DNA of 64,000 bases from Treponemataceae bacterium. Its GTDB lineage: Bacteria; Spirochaetota; Spirochaetia; Treponematales; Rectinemataceae. Below the pieces are notes generated by a model. The model did no database searches, was not told where the DNA came from, and saw only the letters and a program-made list of their open reading frames with translations. Below are positions 43,899 through 53,850 of the stretch, one piece after another; positions within the stretch are counted from its first letter, which is position 1; each line of letters opens with the position of its first letter. The stretch spans positions 384,001-448,000 of the forward strand of contig CAXXHO010000005.1 of assembly GCA_963667725.2 (NCBI GenBank), read 5' to 3'. The position numbers and the translations under genes are program-made.

Positions 43899-44312
43899 TT
43901 ACTTAAACACATTCTCAATTTTTACTTTGCCAGGCAATCTATATATATCGAAATCAGAGTCTATACTAATGATCTTCTTTACTCCTGTTCTCTTTGCTGC
44001 TATAACCAATGTTGCATCTGCAAAATCCATAGGCCTATCACTATACTTTTTCGTCATTTCAATTATATCTGAAATGTCTGTTTGTTTTATCTGGTGTATT
44101 ACTATTCCTTCTTTTTCTATCCATTCCAAAAACTGTATTTGCACATTTACATTAAAATCTAACATATGAGACACTTCAGTTATCACTGCTGTTGTTGTTA
44201 TAAACTTATACTTTTTGTCTTCTATAAAATGAATAATCTTCTCATGATATGAATCATCTTTGTCAAATAAAGCAATTATTGGTCCAGCATCAATGAGTAT
44301 TTCGTTTAGCAT
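43899..44312 (-). CDS. vapC: PIN-domain toxin
   Basis: LIDAGPIIALFD, VITEV, PMDFADATLV, DSDFDIYR. Confidence 0.88.
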   Translation of the reverse strand: MLNEILIDAGPIIALFDKDDSYHEKIIHFIEDKKYKFITTTAVITEVSHMLDFNVNVQIQFLEWIEKEGIVIHQIKQTDISDIIEMTKKYSDRPMDFADATLVIAAKRTGVKKIISIDSDFDIYRLPGKVKIENVFK

Positions 44313-44547
44313 TAATTTTTTCCTTGATTAGTTTTTTATACTCAACTGAAAGGTTCCCTTTTCCACTTCCATACTGACCAAAGTACTCTTTGCCAAGTTC
44401 ATACGAGTCCTTTTCATTTCCTTGCTGATAAAAGAACTGCTCAAGAGCTTCTTTAATAAGCTCAGATTTAGTCTTTTTTTTTGTGCGAGAAAGAGATGCA
44501 AGTCTTTTCTCGATATCATCAGGCAATCTAACTGTTGTCATACCCAT
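44290..44547 (-). CDS. RHH/CopG antitoxin
   Basis: TTVRLP..KSELIKEAL; promoter TTGACA-17-TACACT and palindrome TGTATTACAC-A-GTGTAATACA at 44552-44590. Confidence 0.85.
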   Translation of the reverse strand: MGMTTVRLPDDIEKRLASLSRTKKKTKSELIKEALEQFFYQQGNEKDSYELGKEYFGQYGSGKGNLSVEYKKLIKEKINAKRNTH

Positions 44548-44612
44548 CTCCTGTATTACACAGTGTAATACATCTATTTCAATTTGTCAATATTTTTGCG
44601 CCGAAGGCGTCC

Positions 44613-44734
44613 TTCTAACATTGGTTTAACCGGTAATTCCGTGCCCGAAGGGCTTGGCGCGGTTTGTGCATAAAGAGCGAAGCGATTGCACAAACCGTGA
44701 CAAAGGAATTATCCGGTTGAAGCATGTGTTAGGA
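44613..44734 (-). repeat. attC
   Basis: TTCTAAC...GTTAGGA. Confidence 0.9.
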
Positions 44735-44748
44735 ACCCACACTTTTAT

Positions 44749-45288
44749 TCACCGCGATCCCAAATATCGTGCGGTATTTACATTCCTTACAGTCATTTCT
44801 TTATATATCTTATGCCCTATTATTTTATTCAATTGGCTCTTATTATAATCTTTCCTTTTGACATTCCATATAAGAGCTCCTTCTACATAAAGTACTTTTA
44901 TATAGTCCTTCTTTATTGGTAGTTCATCAACAATATTTTTTCTATCAATACTTTTAAATAAATAAGCAACATCAGTTTTTTGATCTTCATCATTCTTCCA
45001 TTCATTTGGTATTGTTTCTGCTATTGTCCTCATTTGCTCTTTAGTCTTAATGAGTACTTTTATGTCTTCACCGATACTATCTTTAAGAATTCTTTGTATA
45101 GTCTCTTCTATCTTGTCTTGTGTTTCATTAGTATTAAATTGAACATTCCCTGAATTGATATATGTTAAAACTTCAGAACAGCCTAATCCTTCAAATAATG
45201 TTTTGAGTGTTTTCATATTAATACGTTTTGAATTACCAACATTTATGCCACGAAGCAAAGCTATATATTTCATACGATTTCTATCCAT
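44749..45288 (-). CDS. DUF1697-family protein
   Basis: YIALLRGINVG, TYINSGNV, TVRNVNT. Confidence 0.9.
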   Translation of the reverse strand: MDRNRMKYIALLRGINVGNSKRINMKTLKTLFEGLGCSEVLTYINSGNVQFNTNETQDKIEETIQRILKDSIGEDIKVLIKTKEQMRTIAETIPNEWKNDEDQKTDVAYLFKSIDRKNIVDELPIKKDYIKVLYVEGALIWNVKRKDYNKSQLNKIIGHKIYKEMTVRNVNTARYLGSR

Positions 45289-45298
45289 TCTCTGGTGT

Positions 45299-46714
45299 TC
45301 CTAACATTGGCTTAACCCTTAACGCCTGTTCCTGAGCGAAGCGAAGGATTGGCGTGGTTTTTGCGTTATCTTCTAGCAAAAACCATGACAAAAGGCGTTA
45401 TAGGGTTTATAATGAGCCGCGATAACTGGACAGGAATAGAGACAATATAAAGTGGACCGCTCCTCCTTGCAGAACGGAAAGAAGGAGGCATAGAGTTAGC
45501 TATGAGAAAGCGGTACGACAAAGAATTCAAGGCCAAAGTAGCCTTGGAAGCCCTGAAGGGCGAAAAGACTCTGCAGGAACTGGCGATTACTTACTCGGTC
45601 CATCCGAACATGATCGCGCTCTGGAAAAGGCAACTTTCGGAGCACGCATCGGCGCTCTTTGAGAAAGAAGGGAAGGATAAAACAACAGAAGACGCCACGA
45701 GGCAAAAGGATGAACTGTACAAACAGATAGGACAGCTCCAAGTGGAGAACGACTACCTTAAAAAAAAATACAAACAACTGTACGGGACCGATCCGAAATG
45801 GTAGAAGCCGATCATCCCGAGCTCTCAATAGCGCAGCAATGCACGATCCTCGGGATAGCTCGATCATCTTACTACTACCAGCCTAAGGAAGCTCCGGAAG
45901 ATCATGATTTGGCTATTCTGGAAGCTATCCTCGAGGTGCTGAAAGAGAAACCGTTCTACGGTTACCGTAGAATAGCAAGGGAACTGATCTATTTGGACGT
46001 TACACGAAAGCAAGTTCGAAGGATTATGAAGAAAGCCGGATTACGGGCGATCTATCCTGGACTTCAGCTTTCCAAACCGTCCAAGGGTTCCAAGAAATAC
46101 CCCTATTTACTTAGGGGGATGAATATTTGGCTACCGAATCAGGTGTGGGCGTCTGACATAACCTATATCAAGCTTTCTGGCGGTTACGTCTATCTGGTTA
46201 CGATAATTGACCTGTATTCCAGGAAGATTCTGTCCTGGCGGGTTTCTAACACCATGGATGCCCAATTTTGTGTGTCGGCACTGGAAGAAGCAATTGCCCA
46301 TTACGGAGTACCAGGCATTTTTAACACAGATCAAGGAAGCCAGTTTACTTCTGACGCCTTTGTGTCGGTGCTGGAATCTCATGGAATACAAATCAGCATG
46401 GATGGCGTAAACAGGGCGCTGGACAATATCTTTGTAGAACGGTTCTGGAGATCCTTGAAGTACGAGGACATTTATCTCAAGGATTACCGAACTATGACGG
46501 AGCTGAAAGATGGGCTGGCTCGCTACCTTAGGTTTTATAACAGTGAGCGATTCCATCAATCGCTGGAGTACGAAACTCCAGACACTATTTATTGGAGTAA
46601 GTTCCCGGCAAGGGAACTCAAAGAAGCTGTATGAGAGGAGAAGGTGTCCACCTTATTCCTGATTCTTTTCTGTCTAGACAGGTGGGCTCATTATAGTTGA
46701 AGCAGTTGTTAGGC
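45299..46714 (-). repeat. attC split by IS3
   Basis: Arms 45299-45407 and 46696-46714. Confidence 0.88.
45408..46695 (+). mobile_element. IS3-family element, copy 2 (orfA 45502-45804, orfB 45798-46634)
   Basis: 1288 bp like copy 1; 3-bp TSD GTT. Confidence 0.93.
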
Positions 46715-46795
46715 TTGACTTTTGTGATATATACACATATACTATACATATATTGAATGATATATTTTCTATTTCTTTATATTATGGAGGTTTAT

Positions 46796-47041
46796 ATGCT
46801 TATTCTTTATAACCTTAATGCACCCAAAAAACCCACTAATCTTACTATTAATAGTGATTTGCTTACTAAAGCTAAAGAACTCAAAATTAATATCTCTTCT
46901 GTTCTTGAACATGCTTTGGCTGAAAAAGTAAAACAAACTAAACGAGATGAATGGCTGCAAGAAAACTCTGAATCAATTGCTACTTATAATAATCATATAA
47001 GCGAATTTGGTATTTTTAGCGATGATGTAAGGACTTTCTAA
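46796..47041 (+). CDS. ccdA: CcdA antitoxin (inverted in cassette)
   Basis: KKPTNLTINSDLL..INIS, WLQEN.ESI..YN; promoter TTGACT-17-TATACT 46715-46743. Confidence 0.88.
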   Translation: MLILYNLNAPKKPTNLTINSDLLTKAKELKINISSVLEHALAEKVKQTKRDEWLQENSESIATYNNHISEFGIFSDDVRTF

Positions 47042-47358
47042 TGGCACAATTCTCAATTTATACAAATATGAATCCCATAACAAAAGCAATATATCCATAC
47101 ATCATTGATGTACAGTCACCCCTATTGGATTCTCTTGAAACTCGTTTAGTAATTCCACTATCTTTAAAATCTAGATTCAACGAAAAAGCTATAAAAAATC
47201 TTACACCAGTACTATTAATAAACAATATAGAATATCTAGTTTTGACTCCGCAAATGGCTGCAATTCAAAAAAAGCATATTGGAACTTATATTGGTGATTT
47301 TACAAAATACAGAAACGAAATTGTATATTCGATTGATTTCCTTATTACTGGCTTTTAA
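47041..47358 (+). CDS. ccdB: CcdB toxin
   Basis: MAQFSIY.N, DVQS.LL..LETRLVIPL, IDFLITGF. Confidence 0.9.
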   Translation: MAQFSIYTNMNPITKAIYPYIIDVQSPLLDSLETRLVIPLSLKSRFNEKAIKNLTPVLLINNIEYLVLTPQMAAIQKKHIGTYIGDFTKYRNEIVYSIDFLITGF

Positions 47359-47366
47359 TTCTCTAA

Positions 47367-47489
47367 GCCTAACATTGGCTTAACCTTTAAATCCGCACCT
47401 GAGCGAAGCGAAGGATTGGCATGGTTTGTGCATGAGATTTCTGCACAAACCATGCCAAAGGATTTATAAGGTTGAAGCATGTGTTAGGT
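47367..47489 (-). repeat. attC
   Basis: GCCTAAC...GTTAGGT. Confidence 0.9.
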
Positions 47490-47508
47490 TATTTTTTCTT
47501 ACTTATTT

Positions 47509-47820
47509 TTATTTGAATTTAACCGCTGTCCCGTACGCAATCACTTCTGCTGCATTTTGCATAATCGCAGACGATGCATAGCGTATATTTACTACAGCAT
47601 CAGCACCAAGTTGCTCTGCTTCTTCTACCATTCTCTTGGTTGCTAAAGCACGCGATTCATTCATCATCTCATTGTATGCTTTCAATTCTCCTCCTACTAA
47701 TGATTTGAACACTTGGGTAATATCTTTACCGATGTTTTTTGATTGAATTGTACTTCCTTTGACAAGTGTGAGTGTTTCCAATTCTTTGCCAGTAATGTAA
47801 TCAGTATTTACTAAGATCAT
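47509..47820 (-). CDS. YbjQ/UPF0145-family protein
   Basis: LVGGELKAY, LGADAVVNIRY, AYGTAVK. Confidence 0.9.
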   Translation of the reverse strand: MILVNTDYITGKELETLTLVKGSTIQSKNIGKDITQVFKSLVGGELKAYNEMMNESRALATKRMVEEAEQLGADAVVNIRYASSAIMQNAAEVIAYGTAVKFK

Positions 47821-48028
47821 CTTCTTCTCCTCCCTTTATTTCTTTTATTCTCTCTATCAATATAAATACAAAAGTAACAGATACAATTACCGATATGCCT
47901 AGTATAATTATCTTTATCAAATTTGGAACATGAAATATTATTAATGAAGCTCCAACAATTATATAGTATATAATAATGACAGTTACTATAAATATTGGAG
48001 CTATCATTTTCCTTCCATGATTATTCAT
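47801..48028 (-). CDS. Small two-TM membrane protein
   Basis: Two hydrophobic helices, ERIKEIKGGEEDD tail. Confidence 0.7.
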   Translation of the reverse strand: MNNHGRKMIAPIFIVTVIIIYYIIVGASLIIFHVPNLIKIIILGISVIVSVTFVFILIERIKEIKGGEEDDLSKY

Positions 48029-48061
48029 ATAATTGTCCTATATGGTATGTATCGTTAGTTT

Positions 48062-48259
48062 TCATTGTTCTAATTGAAATGATTTGGCTAACTCATAATC
48101 TTTTTCACTCACCAGTATTATTGCTTCTATACAATATGATACCGGTCTTTGGCCTCCACTATCATCTGACTGAATAATATATGGGATATTTTCTTTATCG
48201 AGGATAGTAGCAAAGAATTCTGCATCAAACCTATTTTTGAACCGCTTAAGTTCTATCAT
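48062..48259 (-). CDS. DUF2007-like protein
   Basis: IQSDDSGG, LVSEKDYELAK. Confidence 0.65.
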   Translation of the reverse strand: MIELKRFKNRFDAEFFATILDKENIPYIIQSDDSGGQRPVSYCIEAIILVSEKDYELAKSFQLEQ

Positions 48260-48291
48260 TCTAGAACCTCTTAATTTGGCGCGTAGCGTCA

Positions 48292-50344
48292 ACCTAACAT
48301 TGGCTTAACCCTTAACGCCTGTTCCCGAGCTGGCGTTGTACAGTGTGTGGTATAAAGCAGCAAGTAATAAAGTAGCTTAATATATTATACTGACAACAAA
48401 TAACTAAAAACGGACTGTACAAAAAGCATGATACAAATGCGGTATAAGATATCTATAAATATTCGAAATAAAACTTTACAGATAAAACACTATGTTGTAT
48501 AATTAGCGGTATAATGAACGTACGAAAATGTACCCTAAAGAATGCTCAAGGCGGTACCTATACTTACCTTCAACTTGTGCACAACTACCGCGTTAAGGAA
48601 ACAGGAAAGACCAAGACCAATGTCCTTATGAAGCTCGGACGGGAAGATCAGATCGAGCCTTCCTACATCCAGGCGATCATTAAGGCATTGTCCGCGGTCT
48701 TGGGCGAATCTTCTTCCGGGACGTTTGCCGAATTTGACTTCCACGCAAGCAGGGAGCTTGGCGGCACCTGGCTTCTCGATGCTTTGTGGAATCGACTCGG
48801 CATGGCCAAGGCTATCAAAGGGCTTCTTAAGGAACGACAGTTCGCCACACCCGTTGAACGGCTCTGCTTTGCCATGGTTTCAGGAAGAATACTCGCTCCG
48901 GGTTCGAAGCTTTCTCTTGAGCACTGGGTTTCAAAGAAAGCCTTTATTAAAGACCTTAACGAGGTAGACGTTCATAATCTTTATAGGGCGATGGATCTTC
49001 TTGTGGCGTCGAACGAGGAACTCCAGAAGCAGATATTCACCGAAGTGTCGAAGAATACGCATCTCGACGTGGATCTCATCTTCCTCGATACGACGAACAC
49101 CTATTTCGAGACCGATGAAGATGCTTCCAGCTCGGGACTCTTAAAACGTGGCCACAGCAAGGATGGGCACCCCGAGCTACCCTTGGTTTCGATTGCCTTT
49201 GCGGTGACGCGTAGCGGCATTCCTATTCGCTGCTGGGTATTCCCGGGCAACACGAGCGACCAGACGATCGTCGAGCAGGTGAAAGGTGATCTAGGACAGT
49301 GGAATCTTGGTCATGTCGTCATGGTCCAAGATGCAGGATTCAATAGTGCCGACAACAGAAGAATCCTTTTACGGGAATGCGGTGACTATATCATCGGCGA
49401 AAAGCTCCGCGTTGGTACCGATGGCGCCGCGGTAGAAGCCCTACACCGGAAAGGGCGATTCAGGATCCTGGAAAGTGGCCTCGCGATTAAAGATGTCGTC
49501 CTCGATGCAGGGAAAGCCACGGAGCGCCGATTCATCATCGTCAAGAATCCGGAAGCCGAAACGCGCGACCATGTCATACGCGAACAAATCGTCGATGCTA
49601 CGAAGCGCAAGCTTGATGAACTGTCGCAGTATACGGGGAAAGCACACACGAAAGCGGCGTGTGCGCTACGCTCTCATTCCGCCTATGGCAGATACATTAG
49701 GCAGGATACGAAGGGTGTCTTGCACCTCGACACCGCCAAGATAGCCTCAGAGGAACTCCTTGATGGCAAGTTTCTAGTGTCGACGTCCAGCATGAAGCTG
49801 GATGCTGCCGATATTGTTGCCGGCTATAAGCAGCTCTGGGCCATAGAGCGGGTATTCAAGGATATGAAAAACACCTTGGATATTCGTCCCATATACCACC
49901 GACTTGATGATCGTATTCGAAGCCATATTCTTATTTGCTGGCTTGCCATGGTGCTGGTACGGTATGCAGAGAATATGGCGGACCGGTCGTGGTACCAGAT
50001 TGAAAAAGTTCTGTCCGATGTTACTGCAGGGCTTATTGAGAGCGACAATGTAAGCCTCTGGTATTGCTCTGATATTTCCGACGAGGCGAAGGACATTTTC
50101 AAGCGCTTAACTATTGAATTACCAAAGAAAGTTCTTGCTACAGTAGCAAGAGATCCTGTTGCGGTATAAAAGATTTTCGACTGCAATCGTATAACTCTAT
50201 TATTTATAGAGTATTAGCAAGATTTTCTATACCGCGCACTGTACAACGCCAGCCGAGCGAAGCGAGGGATTGGCGTGGTTTTTGCGTTATCTTCTCGCAA
50301 AAATCATGACAAAAGGCGTTATAGGGTTGAAGCTTTTGTTAGAA
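48292..50344 (-). repeat. attC split by IS1634 A
   Basis: Arms 48292-48329 and 50253-50344. Confidence 0.88.
48330..50252 (+). mobile_element. IS1634-family element A, copy 5 (transposase 48514-50169)
   Basis: IRs; 5-bp TSD CCGAG. Confidence 0.93.
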
Positions 50345-50500
50345 TTTTCACCCCAAAGAGCACTTCTTTCTTCTCTTCTCTTTAACTTATCTATTTTCTT
50401 CTTTTCGTCGTTTTTTATATGCACGTAACATGCGAGAATAAGGGAAAGACGCACCGCTTCTCTTCCCTTTTCGAGCAGCTGAACAACTAATAATTCTAAC
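50338..50500 (-). other. Gene-less (apparently non-coding) cassette
   Basis: Bounded by GTTAGAATT / AATTCTAAC; longest internal ATG ORF seen is 14 aa. Confidence 0.7.
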
Positions 50501-50627
50501 ATTGGCTTAACCCTTAACGCCTGCTCCTGAGCAAAGCGAAGGATTGGCGTGGTTTTTGCGTAAAGGAGCGAAGCGACTCGCAAAAACCATGACAAAAGGC
50601 GTTATAGGGTTGAAGCATTTGTTAGAT
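50494..50627 (-). repeat. attC
   Basis: TTCTAAC...GTTAGAT. Confidence 0.9.
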
Positions 50628-50638
50628 GTCTCTTTTTT

Positions 50639-51277
50639 CTATTCCAAATAGGCTCTAAAAGCTATAGAAAACTCTTCTTGTGTGTATCTATATCCCTTTT
50701 CTTTATTAGTAAATAGTTTATCAAACTCTTCAACTTTCTTTTCATCAATATTATACGCTTCACTATCATAATACTTCCATGAATGATCTTTAAATACATC
50801 CTTCTTTAGCTCAAGCACTAGCATACTGTAAGGATACTTCCCTTCCCTATTACTAATATTGAAATCCTTTGAACTCTTAAATCCATATTTGCAGTAATTA
50901 TGCGGATGCCCATAGATGATGATTGCTTTATAATTATTTTCTTTTGCTTTTTCAATAGATTTCTTTATCAAAGTTGACCCAATTCCCTGTTTCTGATAAC
51001 TAGGATGTACGCTTACTGGACCAAAGGTAATAGTTTCTATATTTTCATCTTTTTCATTCTTTACATAAGATTTCATGTACATAATATTGCCAACTACTCT
51101 TTCATTTATTGTCACAACTAATGCCAAGTCTTTTATAAAATCCTTATGATCTCTCATGATATGAACAAGGTAGTGCTCATTGCATCCAGGAACATAAAGA
51201 TTCCAAAATGCTTTTCGAGTAATATCTTCTACTTTTCTATAATCAGCTTCAGTTTCATTTCGAACTATAATGTTCAT
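50639..51277 (-). CDS. GNAT acetyltransferase
   Basis: TRKAFWNLYVPGCNEHYLVH, FGPVSV.PSYQKQGIG. Confidence 0.9.
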   Translation of the reverse strand: MNIIVRNETEADYRKVEDITRKAFWNLYVPGCNEHYLVHIMRDHKDFIKDLALVVTINERVVGNIMYMKSYVKNEKDENIETITFGPVSVHPSYQKQGIGSTLIKKSIEKAKENNYKAIIIYGHPHNYCKYGFKSSKDFNISNREGKYPYSMLVLELKKDVFKDHSWKYYDSEAYNIDEKKVEEFDKLFTNKEKGYRYTQEEFSIAFRAYLE

Positions 51278-51384
51278 ACTATTTATTCCCCTAGTATCTG
51301 CTGGCTAAATTCGAACTCATTTAGCATCAGGTTAACATAATCTATTGTTGCTTCAACATGTCTACTTTTGCGCCGAAGGCGTCC

Positions 51385-51509
51385 ATCTAACATTGGCTTA
51401 ACCCTTAACGCCTATTCCTGAGCGATGCGAAGGATTGGCGTGGTTTTTGCGTGATCTTCTCGCAAAAACCATGACAAAAGGCGTTATAGGGTTGAAGCAT
51501 TTGTTAGGC
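51385..51509 (-). repeat. attC
   Basis: ATCTAAC...GTTAGGC. Confidence 0.9.
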
Positions 51510-52039
51510 TAATCTTCTTTCTTAAATATTTCTTTATATTGATGTATTTTACTTTTCAACTCTTTCAAACACTCTTCTTTTGTCCTATCTGTTGTATCTA
51601 TGACTATTCTTTCTCTATCCCACTTTTCATACATTCTATTCTCAACTTTTTCCCATGTAGGAAGTATAAATCCTTCAATATCATTGATTCTTTTTTCTAC
51701 TCGTTCTTTATGCTCTATTGTGTTTTTACATTCTATCTCTATATTAATAATATTTGCATTATTTTCTTTGGCTACTCTATCCCATTCATCACGTGTTAAC
51801 TTCCATGGATTACAGCAATCAATAATAACATCATTCCCTAATGCAAGATTATCCGTCGCTATACGATAGGATAATCTATATCCCTCTCCTTGAACATTAT
51901 ATGAACATAATTCATTGATACCATGCTCTATTGTATCAAGTCTTACGTATGCAGCTTTTAATATTTTTACCAATTCTCTTGCAAGTGTTGTCTTCCCGGT
52001 TGCCGGTAAACCTGAAAATACAATTAATAGTGGCTTCAC
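51509..52039 (-). CDS. P-loop kinase (AAA_33-like)
   Basis: SGLPATGKTT Walker A. Confidence 0.85.
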   Translation of the reverse strand: MKPLLIVFSGLPATGKTTLARELVKILKAAYVRLDTIEHGINELCSYNVQGEGYRLSYRIATDNLALGNDVIIDCCNPWKLTRDEWDRVAKENNANIINIEIECKNTIEHKERVEKRINDIEGFILPTWEKVENRMYEKWDRERIVIDTTDRTKEECLKELKSKIHQYKEIFKKED

Positions 52040-52078
52040 TTAGTCTCCATATATCAACATATTGCCTTTTCTTAATAA

Positions 52079-52218
52079 GCCTAACATTGGCTTAACCTTT
52101 AAAGCCTGGCCCGAGCGGCGTTGCGCAGCAACGATGCGAGGGATTGGCGTGGTTTGTGCATTGTTGTTCTGCACAAACCATGACAAAAGGCTTTATAAGG
52201 TTGAAGCGTTTGTTAGTC
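52079..52218 (-). repeat. attC
   Basis: GCCTAAC...GTTAGTC. Confidence 0.9.
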
Positions 52219-52914
52219 GGTTGCATTTAGCATTTCATCTACTATCGCTTGTACATGTATCTCTGATGTATTTATTGCTGGTATTGAAAGATCTTCGTCC
52301 GATATCATAAGTGGTAATTCAGTGCACCCAAGTATTACACTATCTATACCTTGTTCCCTTGCATACTGCTCAACAATTTTAATATATTTCTCTTTCTTTT
52401 CAGGAATTATTATTCCTTCTTCAAGCTCTGGAAAGATAACATCTTGGATACTTAACATTTCATCTTTGCTAGGTACAAGTAACTCAAATTTATTTTTACT
52501 TGCATACTTGCTATAGAAGTTCTCTTGCATTGTAAATAGTGTGCCTGTAAGTAATACTTTTTTGTACCCTTTCTGCTTGATGAATTTGCACGTTGAATCA
52601 ACAATACTTATAAGCTTCACAGATACAGATTTCTCTAGCCTTTCAAATATAACATGTGGTGTATTTGATGCTATTACAACAAAATCTGATGATGCCATCC
52701 TTAGATTTTCTACTTTTGCGCTTAGCATGTTTATTAGATCATCATATTCTTTATTTTTTACATACATGAGCATTTCAGTCATATCAATACTGGCAATATT
52801 TATATTTGGATAGTGCACGCTTTTAGTTCGCTTTTGATATTCCTTAATGATTCTTTGATAATAGTAGACTGTTGATTCAGGACCAACGCCGCCAATTATT
52901 CCTACTGTATTCAT
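52213..52914 (-). CDS. Aspartate/glutamate racemase family
   Basis: GIIGGVGPEST, ASNTPH, ILGCTELP. Confidence 0.9.
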   Translation of the reverse strand: MNTVGIIGGVGPESTVYYYQRIIKEYQKRTKSVHYPNINIASIDMTEMLMYVKNKEYDDLINMLSAKVENLRMASSDFVVIASNTPHVIFERLEKSVSVKLISIVDSTCKFIKQKGYKKVLLTGTLFTMQENFYSKYASKNKFELLVPSKDEMLSIQDVIFPELEEGIIIPEKKEKYIKIVEQYAREQGIDSVILGCTELPLMISDEDLSIPAINTSEIHVQAIVDEMLNATD

Positions 52915-52934
52915 GTCTCTTCCTATTTTAATCC

Positions 52935-53059
52935 GACTAACATTGGCTTAACCCTTAACGCCTGCTCCTGAGCGAAGCGAAGGATTGGCGTGGTTTTTGC
53001 GTTGTCTTTTCGCAAAAACCATGACAAAAGGCGTTATAGGGTTGAAGCATTTGTTAGCA
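52935..53059 (-). repeat. attC
   Basis: GACTAAC...GTTAGCA. Confidence 0.9.
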
Positions 53060-53064
53060 GGTTT

Positions 53065-53406
53065 TTATTTTAATCCAAGTACCATCTTAATACCGTCTTC
53101 AACATCTTCAATAATTTGTTTTTTAATTTTTGATGCTTGTTCGAGTAATCGTCTTCTATCAATAGCATAAAGTTGCGAAACAACGATAATAGAATCTTTT
53201 GATAATTCTGAATCCTCTTTATCTAAAAATACATTTCCAGGGGCTTCTTCTAATAACAAATTTGTAGTTAATGGGACAACAATGATTGTATTAATTTTAC
53301 TTCTATTGAAAGCATCATCTTGTACAATTAGAACAGGTCGTTTAAAACCTGGTTCACTTCCAAATGGAATACCAAAATCTGCCCACCATATTTCACCACG
53401 CATCAT
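53065..53406 (-). CDS. mazF: PemK/MazF-family toxin
   Basis: RGEIWWAD..P.GSEPGFKRPVLIVQ.D.FN, PGNV. Confidence 0.9.
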   Translation of the reverse strand: MMRGEIWWADFGIPFGSEPGFKRPVLIVQDDAFNRSKINTIIVVPLTTNLLLEEAPGNVFLDKEDSELSKDSIIVVSQLYAIDRRRLLEQASKIKKQIIEDVEDGIKMVLGLK

Positions 53407-53635
53407 TTTTGGTTAATTCCTTTATTGATTCTATACTTGCTTCTTCGATATTTGATTCTATATTACTATTTTTATATATTTCATTCAATTTTTCAGTAAC
53501 ACTATCCCGTTTATGGTGGTTAATATATTCTTCAAGTGCCTTCGCAAAAAGCTGACTTCGAGGAATCCCCATCGTTTTTGCGGCTTTCTCTGCGTCCTTA
53601 TACAAACGTTCTGGAAGTGATACTGCTGTTTTCAT
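53393..53635 (-). CDS. RHH antitoxin (ChpI-like)
   Basis: MKTAVSLP..RSQLFAKALEEY; promoter TTGACA-17-TATACT 53671-53643. Confidence 0.85.
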   Translation of the reverse strand: MKTAVSLPERLYKDAEKAAKTMGIPRSQLFAKALEEYINHHKRDSVTEKLNEIYKNSNIESNIEEASIESIKELTKNDAW

Positions 53636-53694
53636 ATACTATAGTATAACTATGGTATAACATTTTGTCAATATTGATTCGGTTTTTTGAATCC

Positions 53695-53819
53695 TGCTAA
53701 CATTGGCTTAACCCTTAACGCCTGCTCCTGAGCGAAGCGAAGGATTGGCGTGGTTTTTGCGTCATCTTCTCGCAAAAACCATGACAAAAGGCGTTATAGG
53801 GTTGAAGCATTTGTTATGC
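53695..53819 (-). repeat. attC
   Basis: TGCTAAC...GTTATGC. Confidence 0.9.
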
Positions 53820-53850
53820 GAATTTTTGTTGTATTAACTATATTACTTTA

